A stretch of 64,000 bases of DNA from Mobula hypostoma (GCF_963921235.1 NC_086097.1:233928001-233992000), one strand, 5' to 3'. Positions 37,066 through 49,430 are shown, counted from the first letter of the stretch. The notes: generated by a model from the letters alone, not told the origin. Translations and numbers: made by a program.

Positions 37066-37660
37066 AGTCAGCATTGGTCTTCATCAACCGTGGGATTGAG
37101 CTCAAGAGCCGAGAGGTACTGTTGCAGCTATATAGAACCCTGGTCAGGCCCCACTTGGAGTACTGTACTCAGTTCTGGTCACCTCACTACAGGAAGGATG
37201 TGGAAACTATAGAAAGGGTGCAGAGGAGATTTACAAGGGTGTTGCCTGGATCAGGGAGCATGCCTTATGAGAATAGGACGAGTGAACTCCGTCTTTTCTC
37301 CTCGGAGTGGTGAAGGATGAGAGGTGACCTGATTGAGGTGTATAAGATGATGAGAGCCATTGATCATGTGGATAGTCAGAGGCTTTTTCCCAGGGCCAAA
37401 ATGGCTAACACATGCTTGGAAGTAGGTACAGAGGTGATGTCAGGGTTAAGTTTCTTTACACAGAGAGTGGTGAGTGCGTGGAATGGGCTGCTGGCGACAG
37501 TGGTGGAGGCAGATACAATAGGGTCTTTTAAGAGATGCCTGTATAGCTACATGGGTATGTATGGGTAACCCCAGGTAATTTCTAAGTAAGACATGTTCGG
37601 CACAGGAAAGAAAGCCGAAGAGCCTGTATTGTGCTGTAGGTTTTCTATGTTTTCTATGTT
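37066..37660 (+). mobile_element. CR1 3' fragment
   Basis: LYRTLVRPHLEYC; tttctatg tail. Confidence 0.92.
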
Positions 37661-37736
37661 TTGTATCCAACAAAATTCATGACACATGCTGGTGATAATA
37701 AGCCTGATTTGATTCTGATTCTGATTCTGATTATTA

Positions 37737-39730
37737 GGGGGAGTGTAGGATCACTCAAAGCCAAAGGAGGGATCCTTTGATTGGAGGTGGAGGACAGGGA
37801 GTTCAAGACCGAGCGTATTGATATGCTAGGGCATTTCAAAGTAAAGGAGGAAGCAGTGTTGGCTCTCTAAAAGAGCATTAAAGTGGACATATCTTCAAGG
37901 CCTGATGGGATATAGCCCAGGTTATTGAGAGAGGCAAGAGAAGAGACTGCTGGAGCCTTGACCAATGCCTCTGTTTCCTTTCTAGCCACAGGTGAGGTCC
38001 TGGAGGACTGGCAAGTAGCTAATGTTGTTCCATTATTCAAGAAGGGAACTATGGATAATCCTGGTAACTATAGACCAGTGAGTCTCATATCAGTGGCCAG
38101 GAAGTACCAGAGATAATTAGGGTTAGGATTTATGAGAATTTGGAAAACTAGGGCCTAATTAGGGAAAGACAGCGTGGCTTTGTGTAGGGTAAGTTGTGTC
38201 TTACTAACTTGAATGAGCTTCTTGATGAGATGAAGAAGGTGATTGATGAACGAGGAGCAGTGGATTTTGTCTACATGGATTCTAGTAAGATGTTTTACAA
38301 GGTTCTTCATGGGAGGCTCATCCAGGGATAAGGTGCATGTGATCTATGGTGAATTGTCCATTTGGATTCAAAATTGGCTTACCCATAGAAGACAAAAGGT
38401 AGTGGTTAAAGAGCCTTAGTCTATCTGGAGGTCTGAGATCAGTAGTGTTCCACAGGGATCTGCATTGGGACCTTTACTGTTTGGGATGTATATAAGTGAC
38501 TTGGATGAAAATGTAGATGGGTGATTAGTAAGTTTGCAGATGTTACAAAGATTGGTAGCACTGTGGATAATGAAGAACTGGCAAACAATATAACAGGATA
38601 TAGTTAAGTTGCAGAAGAATATCATATAGAACTTAAATTGCCAAATGTGAAGTATTGACCCTGGTAGGTCAAATGTAAAGTTACAGTACACAGTTTTGTG
38701 CAAGACCTTAACATTGTTGATGAGCAGAGGACCTTGGGGTCCAAGTTCATATCCCCATGAAAGTGGCTACACAGGCTGATAAGGTGGTTAAGAAAGCATT
38801 TGGCATGCTTGCCTTTATTAGTCAAGTCATTGAGTTCAAAATTCAAGAAGTTATGTTGCAGTTTTATAAAACTCTAGTTAGGTTGCATCTAGGGTGTTGT
38901 CACCTCATTTTAGGAAGGTTGTTGAGGCTTTGAAGAGGGTGCAGAAGACTGTTACTAGAATGCTAGAATGTGTGTTGGCGCATGGCCAAGTGGTTAAGGC
39001 ATCAGTCTAGTGATCTGAAGGTCGCTAGTTCCAGCCTCAGGTGAGGCAGTGTGTTGTGTCCTTGAGCAAGGTACTTAACCACACATTGCTCTGCGATGAC
39101 ACTGGTGCCAAACTGTATCAGCCTTATTGCCCTTCCCTTGGACAACATCGGTGGCATGGAGAGGGGAGACTTGCAGCATGGGCAAATGCTGGTCTTCCAT
39201 ACAACCTTGCCCAGGCCTGCACCCTGGAAACCTTCCAAGGCACAAATCCATGGTCTCACGAGACTGGGATGCCTATTAGAGGGTGTGCACTTTAATGAGA
39301 ACTTGAACAAACTTGAATTGTTTTCCCTGGAGCCGCAGAGGCTGAGAGGAGACTTGATAAAGCTTTATAAGATTTTGAATGGCATAGACAGTATAGACAG
39401 ATAGCATTTTTTTTTCTGAGGGGTGAAATGTCTAATAGCAGAGGGCATGCATTTAAGGTAAGTTCAAAGGAAATGTGAGGAGCAAGTTTTTTTACATAGA
39501 TAGTGGTGGGTACCTAGAACGCATTGCTTGGTGTGAGGGTAGAGGCAAGTAGATTAGGGACTTTTAAGAGACATTAAGATAGGTATATGAATGTGAGGAA
39601 AATGGAAGGATATGGACATTGTGTATGCAGAGGAGACCGATTTGGTTGGCCATTTGATTTTTGTTTTAATATGGGTCGGCAAAACATTGTGGGCCAATGG
39701 GCCACTTCTTGTGCTGTACTGTTGTATGTT
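37737..39730 (+). mobile_element. Old CR1 ORF2 (RT), decayed, split by a SINE
   Basis: ANVVPLFKKG...[18 protein letters not shown]. Confidence 0.92.
38975..39276 (+). mobile_element. tRNA-derived SINE
   Basis: A box TGGCCAAGTGG, B-box-like gttccagcc, core gtgtccttgagcaagg; matches 22394-22690. Confidence 0.92.
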
Positions 39731-39731
39731 C

Positions 39732-40520
39732 TACAACGAACGACAAGCAGCCAATGTGCAAAAGAAGACAATCTTTGCAAATACAAATAAATATATAAAT
39801 AATTACAGTAACAACAACAATAAACAAATAAATAAGGATATGGAGAGAATGTACAGGAGATTTACAAGGATGTTGCCTGGATTGGACAGTGTGCCTTATG
39901 AGAATAGGTTAAGTGAACTTGGTCTTTTCTCATTGGAGTGACAGAGGATGGGAGGATGAGAGGTATTGATTCTGTGGATAGCTGGAGGCTTTGTCCCAGG
40001 GCTGAAATGGCTAACAGGAGGGGCATAGTTTTGAGGTGCTTGGAAGTAGGTACAAGGGGGATGTCAGAGGTAAGTTTTTCATACAGAGAATGGTGGGTGC
40101 GTGGAATGCACTGCCCGCGATGGTGGTAGAGGCAGTACAATAGCGTCTTTTAAGAGACTCTTGGACAGGTACCTGGAGCTTAGAAAAATAGAGGGCAATG
40201 CAGTAAGGAAGTTCTAGGCAGCTTCCAGAGTAGATTACGTGGTTGGCACAACATTATGGGACAAATAATTACTGAGAACATGAGTGGTAGAGTCCTTGGA
40301 ATTGAGTACATAGATTCTGGAATTAGTTCCGAGTGGAGGTGAGTGAAGTTATCCACACTGGTTCAGGATTCTGATAATTGAAGGGTAATAACTGTTCCTG
40401 AACCTGGTGATGTGGGGCCTAAAGCTCCTGTACCTCTTTCCTGATGGTAGCAGTGAGCGTGAGCGTGAGCATGGCCTGGATAACAGGGTTCCTTGATGTT
40501 CTCTGTTGATAATGCTGTCA
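39732..40520 (-). mobile_element. Rex1/Babar 3' fragment with nested plus-strand CR1 (39835-40260)
   Basis: LPSGKRYRS...RFRNSYYPSIIRILN; CR1 RRFTRMLPGL. Confidence 0.85.
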
Positions 40521-41444
40521 ATGATTACATTGAAAATGCAAAGATGAACCATTCTCTAACCTGTGTATGAATGTATGATCAAATGTAACAGTGTGAAAGA
40601 AAATAGATTTTTCATCATTGTCATATGATAATTTAGAAATCGAAATAAAAATCTGATCATGGTATTGAAGACAGTAAATGATTATCCTGTTACATCAATG
40701 ACAATTGACAAGGAGGCAAAAAGTATATTGTTCTTATACAAGTATTAGAAACAGCTCCAAAGTGACAAATTATACAAATAAGTACAGAAAAATGAGATGA
40801 AGCACAACTGACGATGTGAGCTATCGATGGAGTAATGTCATTCTACTGGTTGTGTTGAGAAGACAATTTTCAGAGGTTCCCATGGAAGGTTTTAATACTG
40901 TGAGCATGTAGAGTAGAGCTACTAGGACTTGATGTTTCAATCCCTATGGTAAGTTGGCACTCTCAATGTCGGCAGTGGGTTTGGAGTGGTGACAAGGAGG
41001 GAGGGTAGGTACGTCATCGGGCACCCTCCTTCTTTGACGTTTCGTTGATAAACCCACGGTGTCTCCAGAGGGCTCAACGGTGCTACCTGGCGTCCCAGAT
41101 ACACCCCCCTCAGTTCCATACCCTCCTGTCTTCATCTTGCAGCCCAGTTGTTGTCTTTCCTTTTAATCCAAATCCAATTGCTGCTTTCTTCTGCTGCACT
41201 TGACAAGGACTTGATTGTCTGTTGGAGAGAGTGACCCCTTACGAAGACAATAACTGAATGTTCTTTTTATTGACTCCACAGTTTTACAAGAGTATATCAC
41301 AGAGCTGCCAGAGTAAGTGAATACTCCAGAAGAAGATGCAATGGACATGATAGAAGGATTGGAATAAGGTGCTAATGAACTAAGTACCACCTCCTTAGTG
41401 AAAGCAGAGGATGGAAGTTTCCTTGAGTAGATCGAAGTGATTAA

Positions 41445-42510
41445 GGCTACGTCTACCCTATGCCGGATAATTTTGAAAAAGGCGGTTTCGAGTAAAAACG
41501 ACAGGCGTCTACACTAAGCGTTTTTCAAAATATCTTTGTCCACATTAGATGGATAATTGGGCGAATCTCCTCATACTGGGCATACACAAGACACACAGAA
41601 AACAAGCGAAGAGGACACGGTATACTTGGTGTGCATTTGTCCAGTTACAGAGTAGAAAAACTTAAAAGGACTTGCTCTTGGCTCTCGCGCAGGAGGACTT
41701 AAAACTAAAAGAAAACAAATACTGGAGCGTATGGAGGAAACCGACAGGGAGTTCACGGACAGTATGACCCGGCTGACGACAAACAGTGAAAAACTGACTA
41801 ACTCTGTTGCATTAATAAAGCACCTTGTTAAATATATAAAACATGTCTGCGTCAGTGCCTCTTGTATTTCCATACAATGTTACATTAGGCTGTTACACAT
41901 CTATTGTCAGAGAAGTACTTGCATAAATAGGTAAATCACCTTGGTTCTTGGTTCTTGATCCTCCAAAATATTCTGCATGGAATTTAAACTGGAGGTGGCG
42001 GAGGGTGTTTTCTGTCCTTACCTTCATACAAGCAAGGACAGAAAACAGGGCAAAGTGAGCATATTTATTTATTCAGTAAGCTATGGGTCAAAGTATTTGA
42101 TGAGTACATTTCTAACTCTTATGGCTTCAGTCTCATTGCCGTCTGTTCCGAAATTATACTGTTCTGAAACTGCAAAGTGCAGAATCAAATATCGCTGTGA
42201 TGATTGTACGCTCTAGTATCAATTGTTTGGCGACAATAAAGTAATAATAATAATAGGGAGAAGTAAACAATGAAATACCGGGCTGCCGCCATCTGTTCCG
42301 GCATGTCATGACAGCAGTTTTAAAAAGCTCCGTTTACCATGTCCACACTGCAATGGATATTAGGCGTTTTCAGATTTATTCACTCTGGAGACCGGTTCTG
42401 AAAATCTCCGTTTTCGGGGGGTGAAAACGCTGTTTTAGTGTGGACAGGGGGTCAAAGCGAAGAGAAAAAGCTTTGTTTTCAAAATTATACAGCGTAGTGT
42501 GAACGTAGCC
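41445..42510. mobile_element. Non-autonomous PIF/Harbinger-like DNA transposon
   Basis: TIRs GGCTACGTCTAC and GTGAACGTAGCC with subterminal inverted similarity; TAA/TTA flanks; nested LINE tail at about 42160-42255. Confidence 0.85.
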
Positions 42511-42749
42511 TTAGAAAACCTATTGAATGGGTAAAGTCTGTGTCAACATAGTTGTGGAGTTGAAAAAGGAGTCTTGCATCTTTTTTTGCAGCTTTCCATG
42601 CCTCTTTGTGCTTCTCTAATCACTTGGCATTGGTCATGTTTAATAGAACTTGAGCACACCCCCACCAATGCACGTGCGTGCACATGCATACAGACTGACT
42701 CGTGCACGGCAACATCAGTGTAACTAGATTTGATGCAGGTACTCAAAGG

Positions 42750-42990
42750 ATTCAAAGTTCAAACTACATTTATGATCAAAGTATATGTATAAAACCGTGA
42801 GATTCATTTTCTCCAAGGACAGCCACGAAACCCGTTCAAATAAAGCATCAATCCCCCACGCCAGAAAAACAAATTGCACAAACGGCAACAAGAACATCAA
42901 CCCCCCATGCAAAAAAAAACAAATCATGCAAACGGCAACAAGAAAGAATGAGCAAAAGCACAAAATCGAAAGAGTCCGTATTCAGTTCCT
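42750..42990 (-). mobile_element. Rex-like 3' tail fragment
   Basis: ttcaaagttcaaa...tttatgatcaaagta. Confidence 0.65.
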
Positions 42991-43689
42991 GTTAAGATAC
43001 GGAGAATAACAAAATTATTTTGGATAAATAATTTTTTTCCCAAGGAAAGTGATTAAAAAGTTCATGCAAAGGCAGATGGTGCTCACTTTGTTGCAGGATT
43101 CATTGTCAACATTAAATGTCTTGTGAACTTCCTGCCAATTTATCAATGTAATTGCTTTTGCCAATGAGTTGTATCAGAAAGAACACAAAGCTTTTAACAT
43201 CTGATCTATTTGTAAATTTAGACGATTATGATTCCCTTCCCCTTTCTTTACCTCAATCTCCAACTGAGTCTCAATGCCACACGTGGAACCTAAATAAATG
43301 AAGGTGTGGAGCAAGCTGACACTTTTTTTTTCTCAAACCAATGACTCCAGTCATTTATATTGCATAAATAATGCACAGAGGATGAAGTCAGCTTCAAAAA
43401 CATTAAATCTGACAAAAGTTAATAAACAAAAAGGTTATGTCTATTTATGAATAACTTATTCATAAAGTAAGTCAAATCAATTTGAATACAGCATGACAAT
43501 TGCCATTTGAAATACATAGAAGGTAGATGCACTTTGTCACTCTTTTGATGCAACTGATATTTCTGTTACCAATTTATGTCATATATTATCTATTTCAAGG
43601 AGATTTTACTCTCTTGAAATAAAATCACTCAGACGTATGCTGTGTTTTTATGGAATACTCAAGATCAGAATGATTTTATCACATAAAAG

Positions 43690-44285
43690 TTTCAATGTAA
43701 GCTGAGGCTTTATAAAGCATTGGTCAGACTGCACTTGGAGTATTGTGAGCAGTTTTAGGTCCCTTATCAAAGAAAGGATGCGCTGTCATTGGAGAGTCTC
43801 CAGAGGAGGATTACGAAAATGATTCTGGGAATGAAAGGGTTAATGTATGAGCAGCGTTTGATGGGCTCTGGGTCTGTACTCGCTGGTGTTTAGAAGGAAG
43901 AGGGGGACCTCACTGAAACATCTGAATACTGAAGGGTCAAGACAGAATGGATGTGGAGTGGATGTTTCCCATAGTGGGGGAGTACAGGACCAGAGAGCAC
44001 GGCCTCAGTGTAGAAGGGCTTCTCTTTAGAATGGAGATGAAGAGAAATTTCTTTAGCTAGAGGTTGGTGAATCCGTGGAATTCATTACCACAGACAGCTG
44101 TGGAGGCCAAGTTATTGGGTAATTCTAAAGCAGAGGTTGAGCAGTTCCTGATTAGTAAGAGTGTTAAAGGCTATGGGGAGAAGTAAGGAGAATATAGTTG
44201 AGTGACATAATAAATCAGCCATGATGGAATGGCGCAGCAGACCCAATGGGCCGAAGAGCTTATTTCTACTCCTATGTCTTACGGT
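43690..44285 (+). mobile_element. CR1 3' fragment
   Basis: LYKALVRLHLEYC; RLVNPWNSLP. Confidence 0.9.
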
Positions 44286-45016
44286 CTGAGATAGATAATT
44301 TGAACAATACTCCAGAGGACATTTTTTATTAACTGTAAGACTGCTCTTGCATATGCATGGGGTTTATATCCTTTGATGCATGATCATTAGCAAATATCAG
44401 TTGGGATAATGTTAACATTATCTGAATCAATTTTTCTCTCAGAGAATTGTCCTCCAAATACAAAGAAAAACATTACAAGCAATGTATAAAGAATTAGGCA
44501 TGTTTATTGTGTAAACATAATTTCAATAGGCATTTGCTTCAACCACATAATATGCAATTGAATCACGCTAATCAAACTGTTTGCTCATGAATTTATGAAA
44601 ATGCACCGAGCAATGATCCCAGCAATAGCACCCTTGAGTATAGAATGGATGACTGAAGGAGCTGCAAACTTAGATCTTTAAGCTGATGAAAATATTTAGT
44701 AAGATTTAAAAACAATTGAAAATGTTAACAAAAAAAGAACAACGTCCCTTGGTAGTAAGTTCAGAAGTAGGGAGCAATATGTTAAAATTAGAACATGTTC
44801 CTTCAGTGATGAAAACATTTAAAACTCTCCCTCTTCTAGTTCAACCATGACTGATGCTCTAATTGGAAATGGGCATTTAATTCCCATTTGTAAATGTATC
44901 CAAAATTATTCAGATGGTATGCATTATCCAGAAGGAAGGCCTATTTTTTAATGTTTTCATTCATGCAAGTTTTGCAGCAGGGAAGTGTATGAAAAACAGG
45001 CAAATATGTTAGACAA

Positions 45017-45245
45017 CATACATCAAAGTTGCTGGTGAACGCAGCAGGCCAAGCAGCATCTATAGGAAGAGGCGCAGTCGATGTTTCAGGCCGAGACCCT
45101 TCGTCAGGTCCTGACGAAGGGTCTCGGCCTGAAACATCGACTGCGCCTCTTCCTATAGATGCTGCTTGGCCTGCTGCGTTCACCAGCAACTTTGATGTAT
45201 GTTGCTTGAATTTCCAGCATCTGCAGAATTCCTGTTGTTTGCGTT
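45017..45245 (+). mobile_element. Young palindromic Penelope-derived element: 95-bp perfect arms, about 41-bp unique tail, 15-bp TSD
   Basis: 45014-45108 is the exact reverse complement of 45110-45204; TSD aaatatgttagacaa at 45002-45016 and 45246-45260. Confidence 0.93.
45107..45142 (+). ncRNA. Minimal type I hammerhead ribozyme motif (mirror copy on the minus strand)
   Basis: GGUC-CUGACGA-A-GGGU cucg GCCU-GAAA-C-AUC-GACU; activity not shown. Confidence 0.7.
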
Positions 45246-46177
45246 AAATATGTTAGACAATGTATCTGGTTTTTGATTTATTTTTCAAAATAGTTTATTC
45301 TTCCTGTGTGTGTTTTGCAAATTTTTGATATAGATGTACAGAAAGGATGATCAAAAAATGATCTGGGTACATGCTTTTCTTTCCATCCATCTCTTATGCA
45401 GCAATTGTGTACCACTGTGTAACTTCTTTTCCATTTCCACCGGCAGTTCTCATCTCCTAATGGCATTAAGGTCAAGATTGAAAACATACCAAAGTTTCTA
45501 ATTGCATCATCAAGGCACAATTATTCAGAACATGTCTACTGTTGTCTTCTTGTGAAACTCATGACACTTAGTAAAGAATTGTTTTATTCTTTCTCTGTTC
45601 AGTCTGTCAAGTTTGCTAAGACAGTTCTGAGAAGTCCTTATGAAGTGGGGACCTTTTCATGGGGACAATACTCTTGTGTTGAATGCAAGCAGATGGCTAT
45701 TTTCTTCATGTTGTGTGATAAATTTTGATTGAAGAATACTGGGAGTTGTCTGGCTCTCTAAAGGCATTTCATCTTAAATGTTTTCAGCTTTTTAGTACAT
45801 TTATCCAGCTTTCTGTACCAACTTCCATGACAACACTACTCTCTGGGCTTCTGGGCTCTACGTTCTCCTTATGTTTATCTCCAGGCCAGTGTTTTACAAA
45901 GTATGTACAATATCTTGATTTCACCACTATTCTTGTGTGGGTGTCACAATATCATCTGTGGCTGCCAGTCAGCACTGTTTAACAACGTTTTGGTTGCTGC
46001 TCTACATTGACAAGCCCAAGGCAAAGTTCTCTGCTTTTCCCTTCTAATTCTGCACACCTCCCTGGAAATTTGGCTGTACAATTTTTATCCAAGATCTATT
46101 TGCTTTAGATATCAATTCTCATACAGTGTTAATGCTTTATCCTCCACTATATTTCTTCTCGTTCTGGTAAACTAATT

Positions 46178-46360
46178 ACAGTTTGAGTACCTCTTCACTG
46201 AAATGCTAGAGGCCAGAAGTGTTTCTAATTTTGGAATATTTCATGAGATAGCTTGGGGCTGCCATCATTTCCAACTCTGAACTTATCTGCTACCAGTAAA
46301 CAGTCTTTGTCTTTCACTTGTTCAACACGCGTATGTACTTAACAGTAAAAATTACCACGT
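46178..46360. mobile_element. Possible Tc1/mariner (Tigger-like) MITE end
   Basis: TA|CAGTTTGAGTACC terminus-like sequence only. Confidence 0.4.
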
Positions 46361-46364
46361 ACCG

Positions 46365-47585
46365 TTCCCTCCATCTGCAACTGGATCCGCAACTTCTTAA
46401 TCAGAAGATCACAATCTGTGCAGATCAGAAATAATATCTTCACCTCATTGACAATCAACACTGGTGCGCCTTAGGGATGTGTGGTTAGACCACTGCTCTA
46501 CTCTGTGAACCCATGACTGTGTGGCTAAGGCACAGCTTAAATGCTATCTATACATTTGCAGATGATACAACCATTGTTGCCAGAATGGCAGAAATTCAGA
46601 TGTAGATGAAAGCGAGATATTTCAGCTAGTTGAGTGGTGTTGCAACAATAACCTTGCACTGAACATCAGTGAAAACAAAGAATTGATTGAGGACTTCACA
46701 GAGAGTAAGACAAGGGAACACACACCAGTCCTCATAGAGTGACCAGAAGTGGAAAAGAGTGAGAAATTTGAAGTTTCTGGGTGTCAATATTTCCTGAGGA
46801 TTTAACCTGGACCCAGCATATCAATGAAGGCACAACAGCAGCTAGGAGTTTCTTTAGGAGTTTGAGAAGATTTGGTATGTCACCTAAAACATTCTTGAAG
46901 TTCTACAGTTGTACCATGAAGAGCATTCTAACTGGTTGCATCACCAACTGGTAGGGGTTGGAGGGGGGGCTCTACTGCACAGAATCAAAATAAAGCTGCA
47001 GCGAATTGTAAACAATCCTCCATCGTATCCAGGACATCTTCAAGGGGCACTGCCTCAAAAAGGTGGCATCCATCATGGAGGAACTCAGCAGGTCGGGCAG
47101 CATCCGTGGAAATGATCAACTGATCAACGTCGACTGATCGTTTCCACGGATGCTGCCGACCTGCTGAGTTCCTCCAGCGTGTTGTGAGTGTTGCTTTGAC
47201 CCCAGCATCTGCAGAGTATTTTGTGTTTACGTTTGGCATCCATCATATCAAGGACCCCTACCACCCAGGTCATGCCTTGTTCTCATTGCTGCCATCTGGA
47301 AGGAGATAGAGAAGTGTGAAGGCAACGCACTTAATGGTTCAGGAACAGTTCGTGCCCTCTGCCATTGGATTTTTGAATGGACACTGAACTCATGAGCACT
47401 ACCTCACTACTTTTTATTTCCATTTTTCCACTACTTATTTAATTTAGCAATTATATATACAGTATATATATTTACTATAATTCATATTTTCTCTATTACT
47501 GTGCATTACATTGTACCGCTGCTGCAAAGTCAACGATTTTCGTGACATAGGTTGGTAATATTAACCCTGATATTGACTCTGATAT
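46365..47585 (+). mobile_element. Rex1/Babar LINE, decayed RT 3' part
   Basis: ICNWI, TFADDTTIV, WCCNNNLALN; split by a PLE-derived insert. Confidence 0.9.
47077..47233 (+). mobile_element. Palindromic Penelope-derived element with 13-bp TSD
   Basis: Near-perfect arms 47076-47176; tail ccagcatctgcagag; TSD tggcatccatcat at 47064-47076 and 47234-47246. Confidence 0.92.
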
Positions 47586-48424
47586 AATGTGCAGGGTAAC
47601 TAAAGCTGCAGAGCAGCATTGGGAGAATACTTGAATCAGTTGTTGAACAACAACAAACAAAGGCAGGCTTTCAGTCTCCACCTACAATGCCGTGTATTGA
47701 TTAAAAGGTTACAGTACTCTGTATTTGCATTTTACTTTTCCTTTACGTTTCATGTATGGTATAAAATCAGTCAGCACTCTCGTGTCATGGTGCCAAATGA
47801 ACAGTGGCAGGAATCCAAATTTCTGCACTCCAATTCCCCGAGTATGGTTTGATACCATTTTCTCTTTATGACTCTGCCAATGATTGCCTGCCATATTCCT
47901 TCATGGAAAGTTTGTACTTAAAGGCCTCATGCTCAGCACTCTGTGCTCAACCTTAAGAGTTGCATTTCTAGTATTACTGTTCGTGATTTCCCCTTTGGAT
48001 TTTGTTTGTACCATCTTGTTCATTTTGTGTCTGAGTTAATTCTAGACCTTACTCTGCATTTGGGTACGTCACCATCCATAGCTCTCCCATGACTTGTTCT
48101 GGTATTAGATTTTCATCAGTGATGATCTTCACAAATTTAACAGTGCTTCCTGATCAGCCAACTCTTTATCTTTTAAAATTTGTATATCTTTAAAAATTTA
48201 GTGCGAGCCTTTTCTTAAATTTCTGCACCCATCCTCATGAATATTCATAATTACCCTCAACTTTCAGTTTGTCAGGATAGACCTATGCTTGTTTCATGAT
48301 CAGAAAACTGTTAGGCAGCATATGTTCACTCTGGTACTGATGAATGCATTCTTTCACTACACAATCATATCTTAATTTTTTGCTTCATGCTGTGTTTTTC
48401 TATTTTCTCTGAGAATATTGGCTC

Positions 48425-48840
48425 CCCTCAGTTTCGGGTGCAAACTGTTACTTTTGAGCAGGTCATACTTCCCCCAGAAGAGATCCAATAATCCAAGAAC
48501 CTGAAGCCCTGACCCTTGCACCAGCTTCTTAGCCATGCACTAATATGTCGAATCATTCTGTTTTTACCCTTATCGGCGTGTGGCACAGGCAGCAATCCTG
48601 GAATTACTAGCCAAGAGCTTTCCACTTTGTTCTCTAAATTCTCTTTTCAGGATCTCTTTGCATTTCCTTCCTATGTCATTGTTACCAATATGTACCAAGA
48701 AATCTGACTGATTTCCCTCCCTCTCCAAAATGTTCTGGACGTGATCCGAGACATCCCTGACCCTGGCACCTTGGAGGCACATACCCTTCGCATGTCCCAT
48801 TCACGTCCACAGAACCTCCTGTCTGTTCCCCTGACTATTG
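48425..48840 (-). mobile_element. CR1 ORF1 (esterase) fragment
   Basis: CLQGARVRDV...LVHIGNNDIG; WLRSWCKGQGFRFLD. Confidence 0.9.
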
Positions 48841-48844
48841 AGAT

Positions 48845-49430
48845 AAGTCATAGAGGTAATGAGTGGGTCATTAGTCTTATCTTTGCATGAATGGAGGTGT
48901 GAACTATTGTGGAGGTGCTTAATAGAGATGGCTTCTTTAACCATTCTTTCAAACCACAGGCGCACAAAATGTCCAAAATGTGCACAATGTAGTCATCAAA
49001 GGAGTGTTCCTTGTCTTTTAAGTGTACATTACAGCCGAGTCCTTGATGATAACAAATGTGCTCATTTTGGACAAGGAGGACAGGTGGTTTGAAAGAGGTT
49101 TAAAGAAGCAATCTTTGTCAAACTGGAAAACCCATCCCTGAATAGATGGGGTAAGATACACCACCACCTCCTTACTATGCAGTCCTAACATCTCAACCCC
49201 GGCATCTCCACAACAGTTTTCACCTCCATTCATGGAACGATAAGAAAAATGACCCTCTTGTTACCTCTATGACTCTTAACGATCCTAATGTGATTGCTTA
49301 TACCTTTAAACAACCCAGAGTTTATAAACTAGAAAGCTACCCATTGTGGATTAGAACTGAAGAAGCCTCTTGGATTAGTGGTGAAACATCTTCTAGACAA
49401 CTCAGCAAGTCCATTTTCCTTGACTTACTA
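48845..49430 (+). mobile_element. Penelope-like element remnant: GIY-YIG C-terminus, pLTR and upstream inverted copy
   Basis: Plus NVLILDKEDRWFERG / KEAIFVKLENPSLNR; minus VHLKDKEHSFDDYIVHILD; 48845-48918 inverted versus 49202-49278. Confidence 0.88.
49351..49396 (+). ncRNA. Minimal type I hammerhead ribozyme motif in PLE pLTR
   Basis: UUAGAA-CUGAAGA-A-GCCUCU...AGUGGU-GAAA-C-AUC-UUCUAG; stem I UAGAA/UUCUA. Confidence 0.75.

Noticed and set aside
40874..40948. Plus-strand exon with good splice sites
   Set aside because: Stop codons in all three frames.
44941..45247. Two near-identical ORFs on opposite strands (MLVNAAGQAAS...)
   Set aside because: Artefact of the DNA palindrome.
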